Assembly (NCBI GenBank): GCA_965279525.1
Contig: CBDIIB010000004.1
Location: forward strand, 1,120,001 to 1,184,000
DNA: 64,000 nt
Source of the DNA: Tagaea sp.
Lineage (GTDB): Bacteria > Pseudomonadota > Alphaproteobacteria > CACIAM-22H2
Direction: 5' to 3'
Within the stretch, counting starts at the first letter, position 1, and every line of letters begins with the position of its first letter. The position numbers and the translations under genes are program-made. The notes under the pieces are model-generated. The model was not told the origin of the DNA and made no database searches. It was given only the letters and a program-made list of their open reading frames with translations. Below, in pieces: positions 13,167 through 26,389 of this stretch.

Positions 13167-13203
13167 CATACGCTACCGTATGGTATGGTCGCGCGCCTGT
13201 CAA
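13167..13203 (-). promoter_or_regulatory. sigma70 promoter of the paaI-ivd-liu operon with an overlapping palindromic operator
   Basis: Minus strand TTGACA(13203-13198)-N17-TACGGT(13180-13175). Inverted repeat CATACG-N4-CGTATG at 13167-13182 covers the -10 and start site. Confidence 0.65.
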
Positions 13204-13742
13204 CGAAGCCCCGGCTGGACGCCCGCGTCTGGATCGACGCCGCCCTCGACGCGCTGGGCGCCGAGGGCCAGGGGGCCGTTCGCGTCGAGCCATTGGCCAA
13301 GCGTCTTGGCGTGACCAAAGGGTCGTTCTACTGGCATTTCCGCGACCGCGACGACCTGCTGTGCCGGGCACTGGCGAACTGGCAGGACGCGCGCATCGCG
13401 GCGATCCGTGTGCAGGCATCGGAAACACCCGACCCCAAGGCGGCACTCGCAGCCCTTCTCGATCTCTATGCCCGCGCACCCAACCCGAAGGGGCTGGCGG
13501 TCGAACTGGCGATCCGGGCACTCGCCCGGAACCACGCGGCGGCGGCGGATGCGGTTACCCAAGTCGACGCCGAGCGCCTGGCACGCGTCGCGACGCTGTT
13601 TGCCCGTGCCGGCCTGGATGCGGAGCAGGCGCAGGCGCGCGCCCTGCTGTTCTATGCGTTCCTGTTCGGCCAGAGCCTGCTCGGCGGCAGGCGCCAAGCC
13701 GCAAGAATTGCCGAAGCGGCACGGATGGTTCTCGCGATCTGA
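13185..13742 (+). CDS. TetR/AcrR family transcriptional regulator
   Basis: WIDAALDALGAEG...VRVEPLAKRLGVTKGSFYWHFRDRDDL HTH. Divergent from the liu operon. Start uncertain. Confidence 0.9.
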   Translation: MVARLSTKPRLDARVWIDAALDALGAEGQGAVRVEPLAKRLGVTKGSFYWHFRDRDDLLCRALANWQDARIAAIRVQASETPDPKAALAALLDLYARAPNPKGLAVELAIRALARNHAAAADAVTQVDAERLARVATLFARAGLDAEQAQARALLFYAFLFGQSLLGGRRQAARIAEAARMVLAI

Positions 13743-13782
13743 TCTGCTATTCTTGCCGGACCGGAAGCGCGAGGACCCCCAC

Positions 13783-14484
13783 CTGCCGCTGACGCTCATA
13801 AAATTTGCACCCGCCTTTGGATTGCCGGACCCCAGTCCGTTCTGCATCAAGGCGGAGCTGCTTTTGAAAATGAGCGGCCTGTCCTATTCGGTCGAGATCA
13901 GCGGCAACCCCGGTCGCGGCCCCAAGGGCAAGCTGCCGGCCTTGCGCGACGGCGACGCGCTGATCGGCGATTCCGAATTCATCCGCAAGCATCTCGAATT
14001 CGCCTACGGCATCGATTTCGACAAGGGGCTGGGTCCGCTGCAACGGGCCCGCGCGCACGCTTTCGCACGCATGCTCGAGGAGCGCACCTACTGGTGCGGC
14101 GTGCAGACGCGCTGGATCGAGGAGTCCGCGTGGCCGACGGTGTCGCGCACGTTCTTCGGCAACCTGCCGCCGGTCGTGCGCACGCTCGTGCCCGCGATCG
14201 TGCAGCGCATCGTGCGCCGGCGCATGCGCGTCCACGGGATCGGCCGGCACACGCGCGAGGAGATCATGGCGCTGGGCATCGCCGACTTCGCCGCCGTCTC
14301 GGTCGAGCTGGGCGACCGCGCGTTCTTCATGGGACAATCGCCGACCGCCATCGACGCGACTGTCTACGCCATGCTCGCCGGCATCGCGATTCCGCCCTTC
14401 GACAATCCGATCCGCACGTCGGTCCTCGCCACGCCGAATCTCGTCGCCTATATCGAGCGGATGCGGGCGCGCTATTTCGCCTGA
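13783..14484 (+). CDS. Glutathione S-transferase-like protein (metaxin/FAX-like)
   Basis: FAPAFGLPDPSPFCIKAE, GPKGKLP, IGDSEFI and FFMGQSPTAIDATVY. No in-frame ATG before the domain; candidate starts are CTG 13783 (after GAGGA) or TTG 13753. Confidence 0.85.
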   Translation: MPLTLIKFAPAFGLPDPSPFCIKAELLLKMSGLSYSVEISGNPGRGPKGKLPALRDGDALIGDSEFIRKHLEFAYGIDFDKGLGPLQRARAHAFARMLEERTYWCGVQTRWIEESAWPTVSRTFFGNLPPVVRTLVPAIVQRIVRRRMRVHGIGRHTREEIMALGIADFAAVSVELGDRAFFMGQSPTAIDATVYAMLAGIAIPPFDNPIRTSVLATPNLVAYIERMRARYFA

Positions 14485-15383
14485 CGACGCGTGCCCAGCC
14501 ACAGGCCCGGCATCAGCAGCGCCAGTCCCACAAGATGGAAATCCGCGAGCCGTTCGCCGAGCAGCAGCCAGCCGAGACCGGCCCCGTAGAGCGGCGTCAG
14601 ATACAGGATCAGGCTTGCCGTCGCGGGACCGAGCGCCACGACGATCAGCGAATAGGACAGGTACGAGCCCACGCCCGGCACCAAGGCGAGAAACAGCACG
14701 ATGCCGGCCGTCCGCCATTCGAGCGGCGTGGGCGCATGGAGCGCGAACTCGGCGACGTAGAACGGCAGCGTGACGAGCACGCCGCCCGCACAGATCGCCG
14801 CAAGCCGCGCGGTCGGATCGAAGCGCGTCGGGCTGTGGCGCAGCAGCACCGAATAGACCGACCAGGCGACCATCGCCACGAGAATCATCAGGTCGCCGGG
14901 TACGAATTCGAGCCGCAGCACATTGCCCGGATCGCCGCGCAGCACGATCCACAGCATGCCGGCAAGGCACGCCACGATGCCCAGCACCTGGCGCAGGGCG
15001 ATCGGTTCGCCGTAGCGCAGCCACGCGATAAGCACGACCAGCACGGGCGAGGCGGCGTAGATCAGCGCGATGTTCATCGCCGTTGTCGAGATGCCGGCAT
15101 AGTAGACCGGCGCGCCGCACACGCCCATGCCGAGGAACCCGAGCCAGAGATAGGTGCGCCACTGCGCGCGGATCTCGTCGCGCCCGCGCCACAGCCGCTC
15201 GGCGGCGAAGGGCAGCAGGATCGCCAGCGTGATCGTCCAGCGCCAGAAGGCGAGTGCCACCGACGGGACCTCGCCGGCGTTCCAGCGCGCCACGAGCATG
15301 TTGCTCGCGAAGAAAAGCGGGATCAGGAAGAACAGGACGAGCGCCGTGCGCCGTCCGATCTGGGGCGAAACGATGGAGGCCAT
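14472..15383 (-). CDS. DMT/EamA family transporter
   Basis: About 10 hydrophobic segments in two EamA repeats: LAFWRW, YYAGISTTAMNIALI, LLGERL. Confidence 0.9.
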   Translation of the reverse strand: MASIVSPQIGRRTALVLFFLIPLFFASNMLVARWNAGEVPSVALAFWRWTITLAILLPFAAERLWRGRDEIRAQWRTYLWLGFLGMGVCGAPVYYAGISTTAMNIALIYAASPVLVVLIAWLRYGEPIALRQVLGIVACLAGMLWIVLRGDPGNVLRLEFVPGDLMILVAMVAWSVYSVLLRHSPTRFDPTARLAAICAGGVLVTLPFYVAEFALHAPTPLEWRTAGIVLFLALVPGVGSYLSYSLIVVALGPATASLILYLTPLYGAGLGWLLLGERLADFHLVGLALLMPGLWLGTRRQAK

Positions 15384-15489
15384 CGCGGAACCTAACCGCC
15401 GGCCGCGCCGTTGTCGCCACTTGCGCAAGCTTGACAGGTATGCGCCGGCATCGGATGTCTAGCGGCAACCGGAGAGGGAGACCGAAGCC

Positions 15490-15795
15490 GTGCTATTCAT
15501 GATCGTCGAGAGATTCAAGGATCAGGACGCCGTGCCGGTCTACCGACGGGTGCGCGAGAAGGGGCGCCGTCTCCCGAAGGGGCTGACCTATGTCGGCAGC
15601 TGGATCGAACCGAACTTCGATCGCTGCTTCCAGCTGATGGAGTGCGACGATCTCCGCCTGCTGCAGGAGTGGATCCTGGGCTGGCGCGGTGCCGGCGTCT
15701 CGTTCGAGATCGTTCCGGTCGTGCCCAGCAAGGAAACGCAGGCGGTCGTGGCGCCGTTCCTGAAGCCGGCGAAGCCGAAGCGGACGCGCGGCTGA
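15490..15795 (+). CDS. DUF3303-like small protein
   Basis: MLFMIVERF...KGRRLPKGLTYVGSWIEPNFDRCFQLMECDD...FEIVPV. GGAGAGGGAG upstream of the GTG. Confidence 0.7.
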   Translation: MLFMIVERFKDQDAVPVYRRVREKGRRLPKGLTYVGSWIEPNFDRCFQLMECDDLRLLQEWILGWRGAGVSFEIVPVVPSKETQAVVAPFLKPAKPKRTRG

Positions 15796-15814
15796 ACCGG
15801 TCGCCCCTGCGGCT

Positions 15815-16354
15815 TCAGGCGGGCAGCGAACGCCGCCCGGCGGGCATCCTCGGCATCAAGCTCTCGATACCCGGATAGCTGCAGGCGATCAGGAGCATGT
15901 CGACCGTTTCGCCGTCGGAGGACAGCGGGAAATAGACTCGTTCGCTGTCGATGAAATCGCGATTGGGATGCGGCATCGGGAATCTGTCGTAGACGGGACT
16001 GCCCGTCTCGACGACGGCACGCATGTTCGCGCCGATCCGGCCGACGAAATCGGCAAGGACCGCATCCTCCAGGAAGAGACCGGTGATTTCGCGACCCGCC
16101 ATGTCCGATTGCGCCGATCCGACGAGACGGTAACGGAAGCGCATCCGGTCGGCTTCGCGCACGACATCGACGAGATTGATCAACTGGAGATTCGGCACGA
16201 AGTCGCAAGGATCGATGTCCCGCCGCCCTGCCAGCTTCTTTCCGTGCGCTCGTTCGGCAAGATACTGCCGCACCCGCCCGAACCAGGGGTGAATGCTGTC
16301 GAAGTCAGCGCCTCGCGGGACGCGAACTGCATGGCCGCCTGCGGGATCGGTCAT
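15815..16354 (-). CDS. Stand-alone PAS-domain protein (PAS_5/DUF1457-like)
   Basis: RRDIDP, FRYRLVGS, GREITG and ERVYFPLSSDGETVDMLL pattern. Start could be 16384. Confidence 0.75.
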   Translation of the reverse strand: MTDPAGGHAVRVPRGADFDSIHPWFGRVRQYLAERAHGKKLAGRRDIDPCDFVPNLQLINLVDVVREADRMRFRYRLVGSAQSDMAGREITGLFLEDAVLADFVGRIGANMRAVVETGSPVYDRFPMPHPNRDFIDSERVYFPLSSDGETVDMLLIACSYPGIESLMPRMPAGRRSLPA

Positions 16355-16488
16355 CGAAACCGCCCTCGTTGGATCTGCCGGCATGAAAATCGAGGATCGA
16401 CTATAGCACGAACCGGCGCGGAACGCCGGCCGCACGATGGGCCGCGCGCGTACTGCGATACCTGCGTCCCGACCTCAGTTCTGCGGTA

Positions 16489-18768
16489 TCAGTTGGCTTG
16501 GTCGACCTGCGCGTCGATGACGCAGAAGGCGGCCATGTTGACGATGCCGCGCACGCTGGCACTGCCATCGAGGACATGGACCGGCTTGTTCATGCCCAGC
16601 AGGATCGGGCCGATCTTCTGCGCCTCGCCCAGCTCCTTGAGCAGGCTGAACGAGATGTTCGCGGCATCGAGTGTCGGCATCACCAGAAGGTTCGCCGCCC
16701 CTTCCAGCCGCCCTTCGAGGATGCGCTGGCCGCGCAGCTCCTGCGACATCGCCGCCTCGGCCGTCATCTCGCCGTCGACCTCCAGATAGGGCGCCATCGC
16801 CTGGATGCGCTCGAGGGCGGCGCGCATCTTGCGGGCACTCTTGGTGTCGGCCGATCCGAAATTCGAGTGCGACAGCAGGGCCGCCTTGGGCTTGATGCCG
16901 AAATGCTTGATCACGTCGGCCGCGCGCACGGTCATCTCGGCGATCTGGACGGGCGTTGGATCGGGCGTGACGTGGGTGTCGCAGATGAAGACCGTGCCAT
17001 GCGCGTGCACGAGCGCGGAAAGTGCCGCCGGCACCTCGACGCCGGGCCTGAGCCCGATCACGTCGATGATGTCGTTGAGGATGCGCGAATAGCGGCCGAC
17101 CAGCCCGCAGATCAGGCCGTCCGCCTCGCCCTGCCGCACGGCGAGCGCGCCCAGCACGGCATTGCGCGTGCGCACGATGGTGCGCGCCGTATCGGGCGAC
17201 ACGCCGCGCCTGCCCATGATCTGGTGATAAAGCTGCCAGTCGCGCGCGTAGTTCGGCACGTCCTCGGGATTGAGAAGCGTGAAGTCCTTGTCGATCTCGA
17301 TGCGCAGGCCGAGCTTCTCGATGCGCTTGCGGATCGTCTCGCGCCGGCCGATCAGGATCGGCAGGCACAGCTCCTCGTCGATCAGCGTCTGCGTGGCGCG
17401 CAGCACGCGTTCGTCCTCGCCGTCGGCGAAGATGACGCGCTTGGGATTGGCGCGCGCGCGCTCGAAGATCGGCTTCATGACGAAGCCCGAGCGGTAGACG
17501 AACTGCGACAGCCGGTCGCGATAGGCGTCGAAATCGGTGATGGGCCGCGTCGCCACGCCCGAATCCATCGCCGCCTTGGCGACGGCGGGGGCGATTTCGG
17601 TGATCAGGCGCGGATCGAAGGGCTTGGGGATCAGGTTTTCGGCACCGAAGGCCGGCGGCTCGCCGCCATAGGCCGCCACGACGATGTCGGAGGGCTCCTG
17701 CATGGCGAGATCGGCGATGGCGCGCACGGCCGCGACCTTCATCGCCTCGTTGATCGTCTTGGCACCCACGTCGAGGGCGCCGCGGAAGATGAACGGGAAG
17801 CACAGGACGTTGTTGACCTGGTTCGGGTAGTCCGACCGGCCGGTCGCCACGATCGCGTCGGGGCGCACGGCCTTCACTTCCTCGGGCAGGATCTCGGGCG
17901 TGGGATTGGCAAGGGCCAGGATCAGCGGCGCCTTGCCCATCTTCGCGACCATCGCGGGCTTCAGCACGCGCGGTGCGGAAAGGCCCAGGAACACGTCGGC
18001 ATCGCCAATCACGTCGTCAAGCGTGCGCGCGTTGGTCTCGCGCGCGTAGCGCGACTTGCGCGGGTCCATCTGCTCGACGCGACCCTTGTAGACCACGCCC
18101 GCGATGTCGGTGACCCAGATGTTCTCGACCTTCAGCCCCAGATCGACGAGCAGGTCGAGGCACGCGAGGGCCGCCGCCCCTGCCCCCGACGTCACGAGCT
18201 TGACCTTGTCGAGCGACTTGCCGACCACGCGAAGGCCATTGAGGATCGCCGCACCCACGATGATCGCCGTGCCGTGCTGGTCGTCGTGGAAGACGGGGAT
18301 GTTGAGGCGCTTCCTGAGCTTCGCCTCGATCTCGAAGCACTCGGGCGCCTTGATGTCCTCGAGATTGATGCCGCCGAAGGTCGGCTCGAGCGAGGCGATG
18401 ATGTCGACGAGCTTGTCCGGATCGCGCTCGTCGATCTCGAGGTCGAACACGTCGATGCCGGCGAACTTCTTGAAGAGGACGGCCTTGCCCTCCATCACCG
18501 GCTTGCTGGCGAGCGGGCCGATGGCGCCGAGGCCCAGCACCGCCGTGCCGTTGGTGATGACGGCGACGAGATTGGCGCGGCTGGTGACGGTGGCCGCCTC
18601 GGCCGGATCGGCGACGATCGCCTCGCACGCGGCGGCCACGCCCGGCGAATACGCCAGAGCGAGATCGCGCTGGTTGGCGAGCGGCTTGGTCGCGACGATC
18701 GCGAGCTTTCCGGGAGTGGGAAGCCGGTGATACTCGAGCGCGCTATCGCGCAACTTGTCGTCGGCCAT
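16489..18768 (-). CDS. maeB: NADP-dependent malic enzyme with phosphotransacetylase-like C-terminal domain
   Basis: [38 protein letters not shown] and [12 protein letters not shown]; PTA domain with LSHSNFGS. Confidence 0.95.
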   Translation of the reverse strand: MADDKLRDSALEYHRLPTPGKLAIVATKPLANQRDLALAYSPGVAAACEAIVADPAEAATVTSRANLVAVITNGTAVLGLGAIGPLASKPVMEGKAVLFKKFAGIDVFDLEIDERDPDKLVDIIASLEPTFGGINLEDIKAPECFEIEAKLRKRLNIPVFHDDQHGTAIIVGAAILNGLRVVGKSLDKVKLVTSGAGAAALACLDLLVDLGLKVENIWVTDIAGVVYKGRVEQMDPRKSRYARETNARTLDDVIGDADVFLGLSAPRVLKPAMVAKMGKAPLILALANPTPEILPEEVKAVRPDAIVATGRSDYPNQVNNVLCFPFIFRGALDVGAKTINEAMKVAAVRAIADLAMQEPSDIVVAAYGGEPPAFGAENLIPKPFDPRLITEIAPAVAKAAMDSGVATRPITDFDAYRDRLSQFVYRSGFVMKPIFERARANPKRVIFADGEDERVLRATQTLIDEELCLPILIGRRETIRKRIEKLGLRIEIDKDFTLLNPEDVPNYARDWQLYHQIMGRRGVSPDTARTIVRTRNAVLGALAVRQGEADGLICGLVGRYSRILNDIIDVIGLRPGVEVPAALSALVHAHGTVFICDTHVTPDPTPVQIAEMTVRAADVIKHFGIKPKAALLSHSNFGSADTKSARKMRAALERIQAMAPYLEVDGEMTAEAAMSQELRGQRILEGRLEGAANLLVMPTLDAANISFSLLKELGEAQKIGPILLGMNKPVHVLDGSASVRGIVNMAAFCVIDAQVDQAN

Positions 18769-18801
18769 CGCGCACGCCCGGTTCTGTAAAAAAGAGCAAT
18801 G

Positions 18802-18888
18802 GGTGCGGTCGAGAGAAGACTCGAACTTCCACGACCTTTCGGCCACCAGCACCTCAAGCTGGCGCGTCTACCGTTCCGCCACGACCGC
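18802..18888 (-). tRNA. tRNA-Leu(GAG), atypical: 2-nt insertion at the T-arm/acceptor junction, ends ACCCA
   Basis: GCGGTCG TGGCGGAACGGTAGACGCG CCAGC TTGAGGT GCTGG, long variable arm GGCC-GAAA-GGTC, GGAAG TTCGAGT CTTCT CT CGACCGC A CCCA. Confidence 0.85.
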
Positions 18889-18948
18889 ACATCGCCTAAG
18901 TGCTTCGGCTGAGCCCAGACCCAAGGGCTTGCCAAGCACGGGGAGGCG

Positions 18949-18977
18949 GGGATACCAAATCGGGGGGGTATATGCAA
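18949..18977 (-). promoter_or_regulatory. Putative sigma70 promoter for tRNA-Leu/maeB
   Basis: Minus strand TTGCAT-N17-TATCCC about 60 nt upstream of the tRNA. Confidence 0.4.
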
Positions 18978-18997
18978 GACCCCCCGCCGGGTGCCCA

Positions 18998-19678
18998 ATG
19001 ACTTGGAAAAACAGCCCCTTGGACGACCTCGCCTGGATCGTCGCGGACGGCCTGACGGCCTATCCCGAAGCACTCGCCTTCATGGAAGCGCGGGTGGCGG
19101 AAATCCACGCCGGAACCGCACCCGAAACGGTCTGGCTGGTCGAACATCCCCCGCTCTACACGGCCGGCACGTCGGCCAGGGAAGGCGATCTCGTGGCACC
19201 GGGCCGCTTTCCCGTCTTCGAGGCCGGGCGCGGCGGCCAGTACACCTATCACGGGCCCGGACAGCGCGTGGCCTACGCGATGCTCGATCTCAAGCAGCGC
19301 GGCGGCGACGTGCGCGCCTATGTGATGCATCTCGAAGAATGGATCATCCGCACGCTCGCGCGCTTCAACGTCAAGGGCGAGCGGCGCGAGGGGCGCATCG
19401 GCATCTGGGTCGACCGCGGACCCGACGGACACGGCGGCCGGCGCGAGGACAAGATCGGCGCACTTGGCGTACGCGTGCGGCGCGGCGTGACGTTCCACGG
19501 CATCTCGCTCAATGTCGACTGCGACCTTTCGCACTTCGCCGGCATCGTGCCGTGCGGGATTTCGACGCCCGGCTACGGCGTAACGTCGCTCGCCGATCTC
19601 GGCCAGATCGTCCCGATGCCGGAGATCGACATGGCGCTGGAGGCGGCGTTCCGCGAGACGTTCGGGTTCCCGGTCTAG
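18998..19678 (+). CDS. lipB: Lipoyl(octanoyl) transferase LipB
   Basis: [37 protein letters not shown] and IVPCGI. Confidence 0.95.
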   Translation: MTWKNSPLDDLAWIVADGLTAYPEALAFMEARVAEIHAGTAPETVWLVEHPPLYTAGTSAREGDLVAPGRFPVFEAGRGGQYTYHGPGQRVAYAMLDLKQRGGDVRAYVMHLEEWIIRTLARFNVKGERREGRIGIWVDRGPDGHGGRREDKIGALGVRVRRGVTFHGISLNVDCDLSHFAGIVPCGISTPGYGVTSLADLGQIVPMPEIDMALEAAFRETFGFPV

Positions 19679-20412
19679 TTCCGCAGGGCAGTCCACAGGA
19701 AGTTCACCCCGCCCGCGATCACCAGCACGTCCATCATTCCGGTGTGGATGCGCATCGGCAGCCGGTCGACCAGCCATTTGGCCACGTAGCCGCCCGGCAG
19801 CGTGGCGATGCCGACGATGATGCCGACCATCAACAGGTTGGCGTCGAGCAGGCCGGTGGCGGCGAACATCGCGAGCTTCGGGAAATGGGTCGACAGCCCG
19901 ACGGCGGCGATCGATCCGATGAGGGCGGCCCCCTTGAGACCGGTCGCCATCAGCAGCGCCGAGACGAGGAAATTCGTGCCCGGCGTGGCGCCCGAAAGCA
20001 GCCCGAACGCCCCGCCCGCCACGACCGTCCCCTTCGGCCCGAGCGACAGCCGGCGGCGCTCGAGCATGTGGCGCACCGGCACCGACGCGATCAGGAACAC
20101 GCCCAGGAAGAGTGCCAGCTGCCTGGGTTCGAGGACGGTCAGGATCCAGGCGCCGGCAAACGACATCGGCAGACCGAGCGCCGACATCCGGCGGATCTCC
20201 GGCCACGAGAGATCGCGACGGAACGCCCACAGGCGCCCGAATCCCGTGAACAGCGTGGCGACCGTCGTCGCCGGCACCACGCCCGCGATGCCGACGATCG
20301 GTGCAAGGAATATCGGGATGACCATTCCGACGCCATATCCGGCGACACCGCCCAGCACCGACGCCGCGAAGGCGGCGGCAGCGGCGACCGCAAGGTCCGC
20401 AAGGTCGATCAC
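19675..20412 (-). CDS. Sulfite exporter TauE/SafE family membrane protein
   Basis: [17 protein letters not shown] and multiple TM helices. GTG start overlaps the upstream stop. Confidence 0.8.
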   Translation of the reverse strand: MIDLADLAVAAAAAFAASVLGGVAGYGVGMVIPIFLAPIVGIAGVVPATTVATLFTGFGRLWAFRRDLSWPEIRRMSALGLPMSFAGAWILTVLEPRQLALFLGVFLIASVPVRHMLERRRLSLGPKGTVVAGGAFGLLSGATPGTNFLVSALLMATGLKGAALIGSIAAVGLSTHFPKLAMFAATGLLDANLLMVGIIVGIATLPGGYVAKWLVDRLPMRIHTGMMDVLVIAGGVNFLWTALRN

Positions 20413-21179
20413 GCCGCCCCCGTCCACGCGCGCCACAGGAACGTGACGCCGCCGAACAGCACGAGCGCGTCCATCATCGCCGTATGGATCGACATCGAGA
20501 ACCGCTCGAGCAGCCACCGCCCGACGAAGGCGCCCGGGATCGTGCAGGCCCCCATCAGCAGGCCGGCGAGTGCGAGATCCGGATCGAGCGTCGTGCGCGT
20601 GCCGAAAACCGCGACCTTCACGAGATTGGTGAACAGCGACACGAGCGCGTCCGTGCCGATCAGTGCGGCCCCTTCCATGCCGGCGGCCATGAACGTGGCG
20701 ATGACGATGGCGCCAAGCCCGGTCATGCCGCCGATCAGGATGCCGTAGGTCGCCCCGCCGGCGACGATGCCGCCATCCGACGCGCGCCAGCCCGCTTTCG
20801 CCAGCACCCGGCGCAGCGGCACGCTGCCCAGCAGGCACAGGCCCAGCACGGCCGCGATCGCCGTGGTGGGGAGCAGCGTATAGACATAGGCCGACAGTAC
20901 GCAGCAGGGGATTGCCCCCAGCAAAGCGAGGCGCGCGCGCGGCCAGTCGATGTCGCGCCAGAAGGCAACGACGCGGCTGAAATTCGTGATCGCCATCGAC
21001 ACGGCCATCGTCGGGATCACGCCCGCCACGCCGACGACGGGTGCGATGATCACCGGCAGGATCAGCCCCACGCCATAGCCCGAAACGCCGCCGACGATCG
21101 AGGCGGCGAACGCGGCGAGGCCGACATAGGCAAACGTCAGCGCGTCGATGTCGGCAAGGTGGAAGGCGGCCTGTTCCAA
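20409..21179 (-). CDS. Sulfite exporter TauE/SafE family membrane protein (paralogue)
   Basis: AAFAASIVGGVSGYGVG and FWRDIDW, hydrophobic. TTG start uncertain. Confidence 0.8.
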   Translation of the reverse strand: MEQAAFHLADIDALTFAYVGLAAFAASIVGGVSGYGVGLILPVIIAPVVGVAGVIPTMAVSMAITNFSRVVAFWRDIDWPRARLALLGAIPCCVLSAYVYTLLPTTAIAAVLGLCLLGSVPLRRVLAKAGWRASDGGIVAGGATYGILIGGMTGLGAIVIATFMAAGMEGAALIGTDALVSLFTNLVKVAVFGTRTTLDPDLALAGLLMGACTIPGAFVGRWLLERFSMSIHTAMMDALVLFGGVTFLWRAWTGAA

Positions 21180-21189
21180 ACCCGGCCGC

Positions 21190-21483
21190 CTACTCGGTCG
21201 TCGGCAGCTGGACGAAGCCCGTCCAGCCTTCGTCCTCGGCAGGCTCGGCAACAAGCGCATCGACGCGCGCGGTCGGCGGGCCCCTGCGGCAGGCCTCGAC
21301 CATCTCCTCGACAAGGCCGGCGGGCCCGGCGAAGCAGGCTTCGACGCTGCCGTCGGACCGGTTGCGCACCCAGCCATGCAGGCCGCGGCTCTGCGCGTTC
21401 TCGACGGTCCAGCCGCGGAACCACACGCCCTGCACGCGCCCGGCAACGCTGACGCGCCGCGCGATGCGCTCTTTGGAACCCAT
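21190..21483 (-). CDS. acyP: Acylphosphatase
   Basis: GRVQGVWFR and GWVRNRSDGSVE signatures. GGGGAGG SD. Confidence 0.93.
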   Translation of the reverse strand: MGSKERIARRVSVAGRVQGVWFRGWTVENAQSRGLHGWVRNRSDGSVEACFAGPAGLVEEMVEACRRGPPTARVDALVAEPAEDEGWTGFVQLPTTE

Positions 21484-21502
21484 GAATTCCTCCCCGGCGG
21501 CC

Positions 21503-21846
21503 TTACCGCCACGCTGCGGCATAGGCCAGACGCAGCGCTATTCGTACCGCAGCCTGCGCGTCCGTTTCCAGTTCCGCGCTGCCGGGATAGTCGCCGCCGC
21601 CCAGATGGGCCACGCGGTTGCGCCGCTCGCGCAGCCAGTCGAATTCGCCGTCTTCGCCGCCAGCGCGGCGCACGGCGGCTTCGGCAAGCGCATAGGCGAG
21701 CACGACGGTCGCGGCACAGGCCCCCGCGCAATAGGCACGCTTCAGCTCGTCGAGGGCCGCCGCCCAGCCTTCGGGCAGCTCGGCGGCCTGCGGCGGGGCG
21801 TTCGCGGCGTGCGCGCGCGCGAACCAGTCGGCGCGCGCGTCGGCGC

Positions 21847-21850
<4 letters not shown>
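21503..21850 (-). CDS. Small hypothetical protein with a HEPN-like RxxxxH motif
   Basis: Fills the pccA-acyP gap with a GTGA overlap. LDELKRAYCAGACAATVVLAYALAE ... LRERRNRVAH. Confidence 0.65.
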
Positions 21851-23868
<2,018 letters not shown>

Positions 23869-23873
23869 CTTCG

Positions 23874-24070
23874 TCACTTTCTCGATCCGATAATTTCGCG
23901 CGACCAGGCCCAGTGCGCCGCCAGCGGCAGCGACCACGCGGTCGCCAGCCACATCCACCATGGATAGGCGGGATTCGTCAGCACGTTGACGGCGATGGCC
24001 AGCATCAGCACGGCGACGAACACCATCGCGTGCAGGCGGAAACGACGCAGCTTGTCGGCGCGCGGGTCGC

Positions 24071-24074
<4 letters not shown>
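23874..24074 (-). CDS. Small 2TM-domain membrane protein
   Basis: [46 protein letters not shown] matches the 2TM pattern (F..H...N...W..W...W...L..H). GTGA overlap with pccB. Confidence 0.7.
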
Positions 24075-25603
<1,529 letters not shown>

Positions 25604-25660
25604 CGTCCCCGCCTCGCTTGCCCGTTCCTCAGCGTCCGTCACAGACGCATAACAAAGCCG

Positions 25661-26389
25661 TCACCCCAGCGCCAGTCTGAAAAACCTTTGTGTATCAGTC
25701 AGTTCCTTGCGAATTGCCGCGTGCTTCGCGATCAGCACCGGATCGTCGCCCCAGCGGCCGATCTGGTAGAGCGAATCGAGTTCGGCCGCATCGAAGGCCG
25801 CCGGTGCTTCGATCCGGCCATCCGCCAGCGCGAGCCCGATCGCCAGCGAACCGGTTGCCACGACGGCAACGCCAAGGCCGGCAAGCTTCAGGTCGTCGAA
25901 CCCGGCCAGCGCGCCGCGAAGGGCGGCAAGGCTCGCCGCCGGCTGTTCGGGTGGCAGCAGCGAGGTGTGCGTTTCCAGCCGCGCGTCGTAGGCAAGTGCC
26001 AGCCAGTCGAGCAGCGGTTGCCAGATCTCCGTCTGGCGGGCGACAAGATCGCGCGGCTTGTCGGCGCGATAGCAGAGAAGTTCGGTCTCGGCGTGGGCGA
26101 GCAGCTCGTCGATCATCGCGGCGCGCTTGGCCGGGATGCGATCAAGTGCCGTGCCCACGATCCGCGTCAGCGGCACCTTGTCGAAATCGACCTTGGCGGC
26201 CTTGCCGCGCGCGAGCACGCCTGTCCATTCGGCGGCCAGCGCCTCGGCGAATTCCCGTCGCCGGGTCCGGATGACAGCACCCGCCGGGCTCTTCAACGGC
26301 TTGCCGTCGAGAGTGAGCGAATAGCCGCCGTCGGCCTCGGCGACGACCGCAGGCTCGGCAAAGCCGGCAGCAATGCTCGCGTCGCTCAA
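25661..26389 (-). CDS. ATP12-family F1-ATPase assembly chaperone
   Basis: LTLDGKPLKSPAG, AEALAAEW, ETELLCYRA and LDSLYQIGRWGDD. TTG start overlaps the asmA stop. Confidence 0.88.
   Translation of the reverse strand: MSDASIAAGFAEPAVVAEADGGYSLTLDGKPLKSPAGAVIRTRRREFAEALAAEWTGVLARGKAAKVDFDKVPLTRIVGTALDRIPAKRAAMIDELLAHAETELLCYRADKPRDLVARQTEIWQPLLDWLALAYDARLETHTSLLPPEQPAASLAALRGALAGFDDLKLAGLGVAVVATGSLAIGLALADGRIEAPAAFDAAELDSLYQIGRWGDDPVLIAKHAAIRKELTDTQRFFRLALG

Noticed and set aside
14472-18800. Possible genomic island downstream of the tRNA-Leu 3' end
   Set aside because: No integrase, no duplicated tRNA end noticed, and no clear compositional shift. The adjacent gene is housekeeping malic enzyme.
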